Notes under the pieces: model-generated
The model's input: only the letters and a program-made list of their open reading frames with translations
What the model was told of the DNA's origin: nothing
Databases searched by the model: none
Program-made: the position numbers and the translations under genes
NCBI RefSeq assembly: GCF_032062105.1
Contig: NW_026939923.1
Location: 1 to 64,000 of the forward strand
DNA length: 64,000 bases
DNA from: Saccostrea cucullata
Lineage: Eukaryota
Reading direction: 5' to 3'
In this document: positions 40,184 to 52,705 of the stretch, piece after piece
Position numbering within the stretch: position 1 is the first letter of the stretch
How the letters are laid out: each line of letters starts with the position of its first letter

Positions 40184-40612
40184 AAACTAGAGGTACTGTG
40201 AGCAATGAGCTCACTAAATGATACCCCCGCCTCCCATAATGTCCATGTGTTGCTATATATTGTTTTATGGTAATGTGTGAAGAGGAATAACTCGTCCTAT
40301 CAAATGTTATCCAGAAGCTTCTATATGTACATCATGTAACGTTATAGGCTAACATATAATGGCAATGTCCATGTTTTGCTATTGAAACCTAAAATATGTG
40401 TCGGAAAAATGTAAAATAAGAGGTGCACAATGGCAATATGTAATAAAGATTCTGTGAAAGTTTCATTAAATTTCACTCTGTAGTATAAGAGGAGCTGCGG
40501 ATAAGAGAAAAAGCGTAGCAGACGACGGACGGATGGACGGGGCGGACGTAGAGACTGGCGGACGGAAATCCCTATTACTATATACCCTCCCACTTTTCAA
40601 GCGGGGGTATAA
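40184..40612 (-). mobile_element. Non-autonomous Helitron/Helentron (HINE-type) element
   Basis: AACTAGAG end with adjacent hairpin GTGAGCAATGAGCTCAC, subTIR ATACCCCCGC/GCGGGGGTAT and GACG/GGAC microsatellite. Confidence 0.75.
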
Positions 40613-42864
40613 AGAAATCAATTTTAAGTTCAGGCAAATAAGATTCTTACAATACAGTCACATTGATATGTACTGCTCTTTGATATAAGACTGTCAAAAT
40701 ACTAAATATACTGAAAGGAAAAAGAAATGCAGGGTAAACTTTTGAGGTGAATTAAATTTGTTTTTCTTTAATAACTTTTTAGTTTTTCTAACTAACTTTT
40801 AAAATCATCTCTCAAAGAGATATTACCAAATTCTCATATGATTTTGTGTAATTATTCATGAGTTATTGAAGCTCAAATGACGATACCCCCCAAAAGGGAA
40901 AATCGAAAACTCTCATTATCTTCAATGTCCATCTCGTGCATCTGTCAGAGTCTTATTTCTCCTTTGCATGGAATTTCATCAGAGTGTTTATCTTTCAAAC
41001 CCTGGCTATATTTAGCATGGGTAACCACGCAAAAAAATAAGAAACGGCGCGCGCATGCGCCAGTGAGAGGAATACAACAGTAAGTTGACTGGCTCAAAAA
41101 ACCAAATTGCGGAATTGTTTTCTTTCAAGTTTCGTATAAATGTAATGATTATAATCGTGTTCACTGTAAATTGGCTGTTTTTGTGGTAGTAAGGTGGCGA
41201 TTTAAGAGATGGCAGGACGAATAACCCGCTCGTAACATGGCTCTGATTCGCGTTAACGTCATCGTCACGGTTGATTGAAATCCACTCCAGACCCTCTCTG
41301 ACAACGGCTAAAAAGTTTTATGGGGGAAAATTTACAAGAGACTGCTTAGTAAACTGTTGTTGCCTTTTCAATTAATTAGGCAATTCGAAAACAAGACCCA
41401 TCGAACTTCCGTAAAGTGTGCCAAGATTGCAATAAATTCATAATGTCTCTTAATATTGAAAAACGATGTGCATACCTCATATACATCAAATAATGCAACA
41501 AGATTTGTGGACAAACACGTCGTTATCAAATTGCACATGTTTTGGTTTTTTTAGCGTTTTCCCTACGTGACGTCATAAATTTTACGGTTGAGTAATTCTG
41601 AATACTGATTTTGATGCGCAGTAACTAAATTTCCCATCTGACCAATTTTCGTAATTTTCGGTCATGTGGTCAAATTTTTATCGACAATTATGCTACCCTG
41701 CGTTTCTTTTTCCTTTCAGTATATAAGGTGTATGCCGGTGTATTTTATCGATTTCTTATCTATTCTTTAAATCCCTTTTTCATACATTTCACAGGTGTGT
41801 TTTTACTTACTGAAGCCATGATATATTTCTTGATTTTCTTTCTTTGTAGGCTACGATGTTTTGTTTTGTTTGAAACTGAGTCGTTTATACTTACCAGCGC
41901 ATACTATACACGTTTAAGATATTTAGTTCTTGTCCTAGTTGTTTTATAAAATCAAAAAAAAAATCATCTAAGAAAATGTTACGTTTCGAGAATTCCCTTT
42001 TACAAAAAGTATTGGAAATCGAAAATTAAGGGGAGGGGGCGCAGATTTTTAGACAGGAGATGGGGTAGAGTGTTGTACATGAACAAGTGAATATAAATAA
42101 ACGCTGTCAAATAACTAGAATTGATTTAATTGAATAAAACATTAACACAATAAAAATTTCATGTTTAACTTCACATTAAAAAAAACATAAAAGCTAAAGG
42201 CCTTATTTATCATATAGGTGGCTCATTCACTATGTCTTTATTGTCCAGAAAAAAATGAATCATTGACCACGTTGAACTCTTGGTGATAAAACAATACATG
42301 TTGTAAATAAATGCCCTATATAAAAAAGTGAATTAAATCCCACTCTCCCATCTTTCTCCATTTCGATTGCTTTATCCTTTCTCTCAATTGGTCAAAGTGT
42401 CAAATGATGCGAATAATTACTGACTGATAAAACATGCTAAAAATCTTGCAAATATGCGATGGAATTTATAAAAAAAGAAATACCAGCCTGTTTGACGATC
42501 GTATGATAATACAAGGTTTCAGTCATGATGATGATATTTCTTAAAATTAAGCTGCAAAATGACTTGACAGTTTGTAAACATTGCTAAGCCTTGAATAGCA
42601 ACTTGGCCTTTCTGACGTCATACCGGTATGTTAAGGGAGATTAGCGACGCATGTCAAAGCCTTTTTCCTGAAATGATTGACGAAAAAGTATCAACAGTCC
42701 CGCTCAAAGTTATCATGTTGTATGTTTTATGGTTGATGTAATGACATTGTCAGCAAATACAATTTATTTATGAGTCAAATGTTGACTGGCGTTTTCCATA
42801 CTATTTATTTGTCCATTATTTATACTTTGAACTGACGACTGATTTTCCGTTATTTTCCGATCAT

Positions 42865-43010
42865 GATAAGGGGTACCCGGCGGGTGTGACCGGTTGACAG
42901 GGGTTGCTCACTCCTCCATGGCACCTGATCCTTCCTCTGATGTTCTGGAACCCTGTGTTTGCTCTGCTCCTATTTTGTTTTGTTTATGGACTTTGAGATC
43001 GAATATTTGT
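42865..43010 (+). mobile_element. Fragment of an abundant molluscan retroelement 3' end (probably Penelope-like)
   Basis: GGCGGGTGTGACCGGTTGACAGGGGTTGCTCACTCCTCCATGGCACCTGATCC motif recognised from memory; classification uncertain. Confidence 0.45.
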
Positions 43011-43647
43011 TGGATTATTGATCTTTAATACTATTCATTATCTCCGTATATTTCATTTCTTCCATTTTTTTTATACTGAAAGCCTACTGTATTGAAAGCA
43101 GTTTTGTGGTAGTAAGTTATCGATTAAACAGGCGGCATGATAAATAACTATTCTTAACGTGGCTATGTTATGCGGCAAAGTCTTCGTCAGGGTTAGTTGA
43201 AAACCATTCCAAGCTTTCCCTGACGACAGATACGAAGTCTATGGGGGGGGATTCAAAAGATCTACTCAAGAATCCTCTGCTCTGTAGCCTTTGTCCTAAC
43301 TTAGGTATTTTAAAACCCAGAGATCTTTATCGTCTGTAAATAATGCAATACAATGTGTGTATATCAAATGCATCAAATTGTACAAGATGTGTTAGCAAAT
43401 ATTTTGTATTCAGTTTGTACGCGTTTTTGGCTTTTAAGCACTTTCTCTTCCTGACGTCAAACATTAAACAGTCGAGTAATCATGAACACTAATTTTAGTA
43501 CATAGTACGTAAGATTTTCATTAAAACAGTTTGCAAAATTTTCGGTCATGCTTTGATGCTTGCGCATTTTTTTTCCTTTTGGTATATTACAGAACTCGAT
43601 TTACAAAGGGAATAACTATAATGATAATGAATACTCAAAGCTCGTTA

Positions 43648-44009
43648 CATCGTCGCAAACCACGGCCAAAATGTACGCTCCTCTCCCATCTGGCCGTGGT
43701 TGAAAGAGGAGAGAATTCTTCGTAGGTCATTAAAATATTGACCTATGCGAGTAAAGCATAGTTTGATGATGAACTTTATCGCGACCTTTCAATATGCAAT
43801 CGCATTAGAGGAAATATTTCTTGTACACTGTTGACATCAGTTGTTGATTTTGATTGCGATCGAAACAAAACTTGCCACTGACTGAATATGACGTCACAAT
43901 AGAGAGACGTAAATATTCAAGATTACGACACTTTTTGTGATCAAGCAGCCACGGGTAGGAGCGAGCTACATGTATATATGCGGACTCCGGACCATGGCTT
44001 GAGACGATG
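43648..44009. mobile_element. MITE, 362 bp, 9-bp TSD
   Basis: CATCGTCGCAAACCACGG...CCATGGCTTGAGACGATG; perfect TSD AGCTCGTTA (43639-43647, 44010-44018). Confidence 0.85.
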
Positions 44010-44565
44010 AGCTCGTTAGTGCAGATCCTTCGTAGGAAAGAATAGTTATCTTAAAATATAATTGCATCGGTGTGTTTCTTCTAATGATGAGATATGATGC
44101 ATTTGTAATCAGGAAAATTCTCATCTCTTTACAACAAAATCAAGCTCAGAGATCGAACATTTTCATCATGCATTATCCCCGGAAGCAAATTGGAAAGGGG
44201 GGATTAAAAGAGAAAACAAATCAAAGATGGAAAAAAAATTAAGAAACTATAAAAAAGGAAAATTTTCCATTGTCTAAACCCGAAAACCCGTGTATGTTAG
44301 AAGTTGGGGCTAAACATACGCCCCAATCTTCCACACCTTTATAATATCTATCTTTGCAGAAAAAAAGGATAAGCCCCTCCCTCCCGTTCTGTCGCCTATG
44401 TCTTGAATGAGTATGAGTATGAATGGGTTTTTATACCGTTTATTTTCCCCTTTAAAACCTTAATAATTTCTATTTTTAGAAAATTAGAATTACATTTGTT
44501 CCTTTTGTGTCTATTATATAATAATGTTTACATTATTAACATTATCATTATTATTATAATTTCAG

Positions 44566-45383
44566 AGAAGATTATTCGACTTCTTCTTATCGGAAAAACT
44601 GGTGTAGGAAAAAGCACGACTGGGAATATCATCCTTGGAAGGAACGTATTTAAAACTGGAACATCTCCGAATTCAGTCACAAAAGTGTCCCAAGCAAACG
44701 AGACAAGTAATCATGAGAAACAAATAGTGACTGTTATTGACACACCTGGCTTTTTTGACACAACAAAAAAATTAACTGAAATCGAAGATGATATCACGCG
44801 GGCATTCATGCTTGGCTATCCAGGATTCCACGCTATTCTTTTTATAATTAAAATTGGTAGGATTATAGAGTTTGAAGAACAGTTTATTGATTTTTTTAAG
44901 CAAAGATATGGAGAAAGCATATTTAATTACATCATAATTGTTTTCACGGGAAAGGATGATCTTGACTCTGAAAAAAAGACCATTGATGCGTACGTTCATG
45001 AAATTGATAGTCATTCTAAACTAGCTGATTTTATTCAAAAAACAAGGGGTAGATATATTGCGATTGGTCGCCCAAATCCGTCAGCAGACCATAACTTCAA
45101 TGAAAAGCTTTTTGAAATGATTAATAATATGGTCGAGGAAAATAACAGAAAAGAAAGCCCAATTTACACCCACCAGTTATTCGAATTAAGCAGGAAGCTT
45201 AGCGATGAAGAAAAGCAGAAAACACAACTAGAAATGAAAAATGCTGATCTTACAATGAAAAATTCAGAATTAAAGAAACTTGAAAAGGACAAGCTAGAAG
45301 AAATGGTGAAAATACTCAATGAAATTGCAAGACAAAATTCAAATCGTTTCAAAATAAATTTGTACTTTCAATTTTCATTTTAG
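44566..45383 (+). CDS. GIMAP: GIMAP / AIG1-family GTPase (GTPase IMAP family member-like), main terminal coding exon
   Basis: G1 GKTGVGKS, G2 SVT, G3 DTPG, conserved box PGFHAILFIIKIGR, G4 TGKD, C-terminal coiled coil. Acceptor ATAATTTCAG at 44565; the N-terminal 54 aa of the ORF track are intronic. AATAAA at 45588. Confidence 0.93.
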
Positions 45384-46717
45384 AAAACCAATGTTATGTG
45401 TACTTTTAGTCCACTAACTGACTACTTTAAAACCTTTGAATCGATTTCATAAAAGGTAAGTTTGATCAAGAACAGCAAAAAAGATATTTCTGTCAGTATC
45501 AGAATTTAAACTTAATTTTTAAAACTAATCAATTTCTCCCTGTTCTGTTTGTCAATGAACAACGATTGAGTGGTTTCATTTTGGTAAAATAAAAAAAAAA
45601 TAATTAAAACATAATTACCGCACCGAAAGCAAGTTATCAATTTTATTGTTAACATTGTTTAGATATAGTCCTAACTCCTTAGAAAGCTGTCTGATGTGGG
45701 AAATTTAAATTCTGGCACTCGTTATTCACTCATTGCTAATGTTTATAAAATACAAGTAGGTAGCATATACCATATTTGACACATGGCTCTCAAAAGCTTA
45801 GGAACAAAAATAAGGTACATTCTCCATACAATTTTTTCTCTCTTAAATATTTTGGATGGTTTTACCATATTTTAGCCGGATGAATATGTACCCCCTTCCG
45901 GCATACCAGTCATGTTCATGCATACATATAGATGTCTGATGATAATTCGTTATATCGCTATTATCTCGCAGTTACATGATTCTAATTTACTAGCGCTCTT
46001 TTGCAAGTGAGTCTAAAAAGCGATAAATCTCGCAAGGTTTCTGGGGCACATGACTTGTTTACCGTAGTGGCAATCGAATGATTCAACGATTTTATTTGAA
46101 AGTACAATTTATTTCCAAGTATTGAACTCCAAATTGTAGATTTTCAAATAAGGAAAGTTTTGAATATTTTATCAGTTTTGAAAGGTGATAACTTAAATGA
46201 AAAATATGAAAAGAATCTGCTTAGTTAAAAATATTGTTAAATATGTAACATTTTAGGATAAGCTCCTCTCCATAATTGATTAGTTCAGCGATTGTTTAGC
46301 AAGGTAATCCACTGGGATTTTTAGGTCACTTGAGTAAACTCAGGTGACCTGTTGCTACCTCTTTTTGTCCGTCGTCGTACGTCGTACGTCGTACGTTGGT
46401 CGTAAACATATGAACATTCTTCTCTTGAACCACTAAACCAATATCAACAAAATTTGGTTTAAAGCATCTTTGGATAAAGGGGAACAAATTTTGTGAATTT
46501 CATGGTCCCTGCCCCCGTGGGGCCTGAGGGGTGGGGCCAAAACCAATAAAAATTAATGCAATCTTTAAAAAATCTTCTTCTTTACTCCTGGACATCAAGC
46601 AGTCATATTGTTTGCATGTTTGTAATCAGCATTAAGTCCTCTATCAACATTGTGAAATTCATGGCCCTGGGGTCAGGGGCTCTAGTGCTAGGGCGAGGCT
46701 AAATAGATTATATAATG

Positions 46718-46751
<34 letters not shown>

Positions 46752-47304
46752 GCTCATGGGCATTGAATAAACTAAGTAAGTACATAGTTACGGTGAGCAA
46801 GAGTGCCTCTTTGAAAGTTGTGAATTTTATGGCCCAGGAGTCAGGGGTTCTGGTGTAAGGGTGGGGCTCTATTGATTATATAGTGAAAATGCATTCTTTG
46901 AAAATCTTCTTCTCTGCTCCTGAGTATTAAATAAACTAACTAAGTACATAGTTATGATGAGCAAGAGTGCCTTTTATAAAATGTGAATTTTATGGCCCAG
47001 GGGTCAGGGGTTCTGGTGTTAGGGTTGAGCTCTATTGATCATATTGTGAAAATGCATTAATTCTTTGAAAATCTTCTTCTCTGCCGCTGGGTATTAAATA
47101 AACTAACTAAGTACAAAGTTATGAGGAGCAAAAGTGCCTTTTCCAAAATTGTGAATTTTATGGCCCCAGGGTCAGGGGTTCTGGTGTTCGGATGGGGCTC
47201 TATTGATTATCATGATTATATAGTGAAAAAAAATGCATAAATTCTTTGAAAATCTTAAATTCTGTTCTGCTCCTGGGTATAAAAAAACTAAGTACATACA
47301 TGTA

Positions 47305-48660
47305 CAGTACCTGGCCATAAGTCTGTCATAAAATGGCTGACGTAACGTAACGTGAACAACGTGAACGCAAAATTCAAAAATAAAAAAAATTCTATAAATA
47401 TTAAGCACTTACCTTTTTATCTCTAGTATTTAGTTGCATGACCCTTAGATTTAATAACTTGTCGAATTCGCCTTGGAATTGAAGCATACAGACTCTGAAT
47501 GTAGTGCTGAGGCAAGGACCACCATATTTCCTTTACTTTCAAGATGAGGTCTTCACGATTATGAATATTGTAAACCTGTCTCTGAAGACGTATTGTTATG
47601 GTTTTCCACACATTTTCAATTACATTGATATCTGGAGAATGTGATTGCCAAGTAATACATTTAATTTCGTTTTCAGTTTTCCGTGATTTTGTGGCGTTAG
47701 AGGAGTAAACCGGTGCATTATCATCTTGAAATAAATAGTCACCATTCGGGAAATGGCGCAAAATAACTGGCCATAAATTTGTATCCAAAATGTTAATGCA
47801 TTTTTGGGAATTAATATTCCCATCTACCTCTGTAAATGTTCCGATTCCTTCGTGAGTAATACACCCCCAAAACATCGCCGAGTACTTTCCGTTTCCACGG
47901 ACGCCAAGACACTCTGGTCGCCATACTTCGTCGGGTCTTCTCCAGATGTAAACGCGCTTATTCTGGTCAATCACAACCTGGGTTTCGTCGCTGAAAATCA
48001 CCTTTTTCCAATTATTATTCACTGTCCAATGTAATTTCCCTCGACACCAATTTACACGGCGGGTGCGGTTTACAGATCGAATTGTAAGGGTCTTCCTGGT
48101 TTTCCTTCTTGTAAAGTTTAAAAATCGCAACCGTCTTCTTACCGTCCGTGAAGAGATAGAACTTGGTAACTTCGAGTTCACTTCATCAGTTATTTCACCC
48201 AAAGTTTGCCGTCTGTTGAGTTTCACACATCGAAGTATCTTACGATCTCCTCGTACATCAGTTTTTCTAGGTCGACCGCTTCGATGCCTATTTTCGCTGG
48301 ATCCGCGCGTCTTGTATCGCTTGAGAAACTTGGAAATCCCAGACTGGCTCACAGAAAGAATAGCTGCTATGTCCTGTTGGGTGTATCCACTCTCAGACAT
48401 AGTTATTATCGCATTTTTCATAGGGGTAGACATTTGTTTACCTTTAGTAGCCATCTTGTCAGTTGCTAAATATTTGACAGATATTGCGTCACTTTTATAA
48501 AATGACGTCATAGAATTATTGTATACACTCTATAGAAAGGAACTATTCAACAGCAGCTTGCATAGAGCGATTTATTTACCAGCGCTAAAGAAAAAAAATG
48601 GCTTCCTGAATTTTGATATTTCAACAGCCATTTTTATGACAGACTTATGGCCAGGTACTG
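47305..48660 (-). mobile_element. Full-length Tc1 element, 1356 bp
   Basis: TIR CAGTACCTGGCCATAAGTCTGTCATAAAA at both ends; TA TSD (47303-47304, 48661-48662). Confidence 0.96.
47423..48454 (-). CDS. Tc1 DD34E transposase (343 aa from MATKGKQ; an upstream in-frame start at 48511 is possible)
   Basis: Paired-like HTH, GRPRK, FSDE, QDDNAP, SPDINVIE with 34 residues between the second D and E, and terminal GHATKY. Confidence 0.95.
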   Translation of the reverse strand: MATKGKQMSTPMKNAIITMSESGYTQQDIAAILSVSQSGISKFLKRYKTRGSSENRHRSGRPRKTDVRGDRKILRCVKLNRRQTLGEITDEVNSKLPSSISSRTVRRRLRFLNFTRRKTRKTLTIRSVNRTRRVNWCRGKLHWTVNNNWKKVIFSDETQVVIDQNKRVYIWRRPDEVWRPECLGVRGNGKYSAMFWGCITHEGIGTFTEVDGNINSQKCINILDTNLWPVILRHFPNGDYLFQDDNAPVYSSNATKSRKTENEIKCITWQSHSPDINVIENVWKTITIRLQRQVYNIHNREDLILKVKEIWWSLPQHYIQSLYASIPRRIRQVIKSKGHATKY

Positions 48661-50563
48661 TAGTTATGATAAGCAAGAGTGTCTCTTCCAAAATTGTGAA
48701 ATTTATGGCCCCACGGTCAATGTTTCCGATGTTAGGGCGGGGCTCTAATGATTATATAGGGAAAATACATTAATTCTTTCAAAATCTTCTCACCTCCCAG
48801 GTTTTAAATAAACTGACTTAGTATATAGTTATAATGCCTCAACAAAATTTGTGATTTTCTTGGCCCCTGTGTCAGGGGATTTGCCATTTGTTTATAGGGG
48901 GTGGGCTCTTTTGATTATATAGTGAAAATACATTATTCTCTGAAAATAATTTCCTTTGCACCTGGGTATTATGTTAATGATGCAAGTATATATATTTATG
49001 ATGAGCACGTCAGTGCTTCTTCCACACTGATTAATTTCATGCTGCCCCCTTGGTCAGGGGTATCGGGGGGGGGGGAAGGGGGTACATAGTCTGAAAATTA
49101 ATTAATGCTTTGAAATCTGCTCTTTGGTATTAATCTACCATTTATGATGATGTTAAATTTATGATAAAATTTCCATAATTTTGAAATATGTGGCCCCATG
49201 ATCAGTGGTTCATAGGGGTGAATTGCACAACTGGTTTTAAAGTGGAATTGTATTTTCTCTTTGTTACTCTGATCTACCTCTGGGTATTAAGTAAATAGAG
49301 TAAGCATGTTTAGTTTATAATTATTATAAGCAATGGTGCTTCTTTTAAAATTGTGAATTTCATGGCCTCTGTTTTAAAACAAGAACCAAATTCAATTGTT
49401 GGAAAGTTGTTACATGATACTCAGGTGACCTATAAGGCCCTTGGGCCTCTTGTTAACTTATCTATCCTTATGTATTCTACAACGATAGATCTTTCGTTGT
49501 ATTCAAAAGCACATTTGCCCCTATCCAACAGACGTTTCCTACGTCAATCACAAACGAGTTCAGCTAAGCTAAGTAATCGCGAAATCAAGTATTGGAGCAG
49601 GTGTAAAGTTTTGTCTAACTTAGTGTAAATACTTAACAGTTTTATTTCTGCTTTATATTCGTTTAATCTTTCTAAAAAATGTAAGGGTAATGTCTCACGA
49701 GCTTAGGCTCCATGTATACTTTTATTGCAATTCTGTTGTGCTAGACAGTGTCAACTAATGAAAATATAGATCTAGCCAGCTGATTCCTTTGTTAGCAATA
49801 TTGTTTATTTGAAACATCGTTGATGATGTTCTATACATACATGCGTCTATGTGTTGCACACTACACTAGTTTTATTTGACTTTCAATTCATTCATTATAA
49901 TGTTCACACTTAAATCATTTTAAACACATTAACCCTCCAAATTAAAGCCCATCGTCCATGTAACAAATTTTATGAATTCATAACACAGCTACTCACACAA
50001 AGCATTTTACACTTACATCTTGCATCATGTTCAAACTGATCATGAGCTCCAAGCTTCGTTTTTGTTTTTGTAGCTTATTTATGTTGAATGTAGTGAATAG
50101 ATGTTGCTTCATGTTGTTTGAGTCTTTAATTTTGGACATGCTCGATGTTGGCGGCCCATTTCCTTTGATGTATTTGATTTGCTTAAATAATCACTTCAAC
50201 CCTTAATTTACATACACATTATGTACAGATAATTCTACACCTTACTTGAAAACATGCTATTAAAATAAAAGTATTGTGCTCGTTGTTTGTTGTTTGTGAC
50301 CCATTCTACACATCACATGATTGCATGTAAAATTAACTATTATTGAATGATCAAGAGTTAGCTACATGGTTTTATGTGTAGATTTATGTTGTTTGTGTGT
50401 TTATTTTGGGGCATGCTCAACACTTGTTGTATATGAATTACAGTCCTTAAGTTACGGCGTTCAGATTTTAGAACGCAGTTCGCAGTTCGCTATTCGCAAT
50501 TAAAAAGTGAACTGCATTCTAGAACGCAGTTCACAATTCAAAATTGTAACTTTAGCTGTGTTG

Positions 50564-51046
50564 TCTGAAATTTAGGGGGTGGGGTACTAGGGGCCAGATA
50601 CCACTTCTATGAAAAAATGGTGATGGTACCGTCTCTAGTTTCCGAGATATGATCTTCTAATTTTTAGCCCTACTATATAATACTATACGAATAAACATCG
50701 GGCTGGGGGACATCGAAGTCCCCTACCCTGGGGTCTGAAATTTTGGGGATGGGGTACTAGGGGCCAGATACCACTTCTATGAAAAAACGGTGATGGTACC
50801 ATCTCTAGTTTTCGAGATATGGTCGTCTAGTTTTTAGCCCTACTATATAATACTATATGAATAAACATCGGGCTCGGGGACATCGAAGTCCCCTACCCTG
50901 GGGTCTGAAATTTTGGGGGTGGGGTACTAGGGGCCAGATACCACTTCTATGCAAAAATGGTGATGGTACCATCTCTAGTTTCCGAGATTTGGTCGTCTAG
51001 TTTTTAGCCCTACTATATAATACTATACGAATAAACATCGGGCTCG
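50564..51046 (+). repeat. 170-bp tandem repeat, about 3 copies (left arm)
   Basis: TCTGAAATT recurs at 50564, 50734 and 50904. Confidence 0.93.
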
Positions 51047-52705
51047 GCTAATTTAAGAAAAATGTGGTCAAGGTCAAAGAAGAGGTTATGGTCAATTAAG
51101 TTGATGCAGTAGCATAGCTCTCACCAGTATGTATCAACATGTGAAGTTTGATAACACCATATTGAATGGTTTCTTTAAAACTGAGCTAAACACTAATATA
51201 AGAAAAGTGAGGTCAATGTCAAAGAAATGGTAAAAAAAAATGTTCATGCAGTTGCATAGCTCTCGTCAATATCTATCAGCATACGAAATTTGATGAAAAT
51301 ATCTTGGATAGTTACTTTAAAACTGAGCTTTGAACTGAGCTAAAGCAGAAATAAGTGTCAGATCAAAAAGTAAAATATGCAGTCACAATGGCATTATGTA
51401 ATGAATCTGTGTAAGTATTATTAAAGAACTGCAAACATTGTTCTCCTGCCTACCTCCAAGTCAGTTTTCAAAAGTATGGATATTTGAATTATTTTTTTAT
51501 ATTTTATATTGATATTGATATCGATTTTCATAAAACATTGTTTATTTGGCAAACCAACGAGACAAAACTTTAACATTAGGGTTAAACTCGTGTTTTTTCA
51601 ATATAACACACGGAAAAGAGGGAAAATTTAAAGCATCTAACCCCCCCCCCCCCCCCGAAACATAAATTCCTTTCTACGGCTGGTAATATGGACTGTGATT
51701 TCACAAATTCACATCAAAGCCTTTTTTGTTTTACGAGGGGTCTGACATATGTTTATGGACAAAAACGACAACAATGCTTATTTTTTTCAGCAATTTCAAA
51801 GTGCTTTACAACTGAAACATTGTATTTTTACTAATATGTATGCTTCCTTTTGTATGCATAAAACATATGAAAAGATTTCAGATACATTTATTCATATCCA
51901 AGACTATTTCAGAATATGGTGATGCTCTTTAACCCAATTTCAGTGAAAATTATCGCCTACCCCCTTATTTTCAAGAGCTGGAACTAATATGATTTATTTT
52001 TAGCACTGGTGAAAAATAAATGATCAATTATCATTGAACTGTTCTTTGTATTAAACAAATATGTTATGGCCAAATGTCATCAATATTGAATTAAATGGTT
52101 TTAAAATGTAAGCAGAAATCAAGAATTAGCGTGCATAGTTCTTTTATTCCGTGGTATAGGAGGAGTTGCGAATAAGAGATGGGTACTCTTTAATACTATA
52201 GAAAAATGGCACTATCAATGTTTTGCCCTGGAAAACCAAAAAATATATATGTCCAATCAAAAAGTAAAATAGGAGGCCACAATGGCAATATATAACAAAC
52301 ATTCTGTGAAAGTCTCATTAAGGTACATTGATACTCTGATAAGAGAGATAACTCTTAATGACACAAACGTCTATTATTTCTTCGTAAATTTGTCAAGTTT
52401 AAGTGCCTTTTTTATCCAATTTTATCCCGCAAGCCATGCTATAATTGTTTGTATTTTATTTAGCATATATATTTCCTTTGGAAAATCATAAAAGTTAAAG
52501 AAAAATTTCATACAAGTAAGCAGGGGGTTTATGAACCTTTAATATCATTTAAGAGTAAAAGAAGAGGTGCAATTAAGAGATAGGTACCCCAAAGCGTAAC
52601 AGACGGACGTACAGAAAGACGAACATCCCGATTTCTATACCCACGCCCCCTCCCGCTTTTCAAGTGGGGTATAATAATACGTTGTTTACTTTAACTGAGT
52701 TTCCA

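Larger units (their letters stand above)
46318..49454 (+). mobile_element. Helentron-derived HINE with an internal ~165-170 bp satellite array, interrupted by Tc1
   Basis: 5' AGGTCACTTGAGT/ACTCAGGTGACCT inverted repeat, CGTCGTA microsatellite, repeated TGTGAATTTTATGGCCC..GGGTCAGGGGTTCTGGTG units, and 3' ACTCAGGTGACC plus hairpin AGGCCCTTGGGCCT-CTTGTT. Confidence 0.88.

Noticed and set aside
44403-44565. N-terminal 54 aa of the 326-aa ORF
   Set aside because: Non-ATG start and low-complexity ATT-rich intron sequence ending in a clear acceptor.
48063-48500. Antisense ORFs overlapping the transposase (and similar antisense ORFs over the LINEs and GIMAP)
   Set aside because: Shadow ORFs of real coding sequence on the opposite strand.
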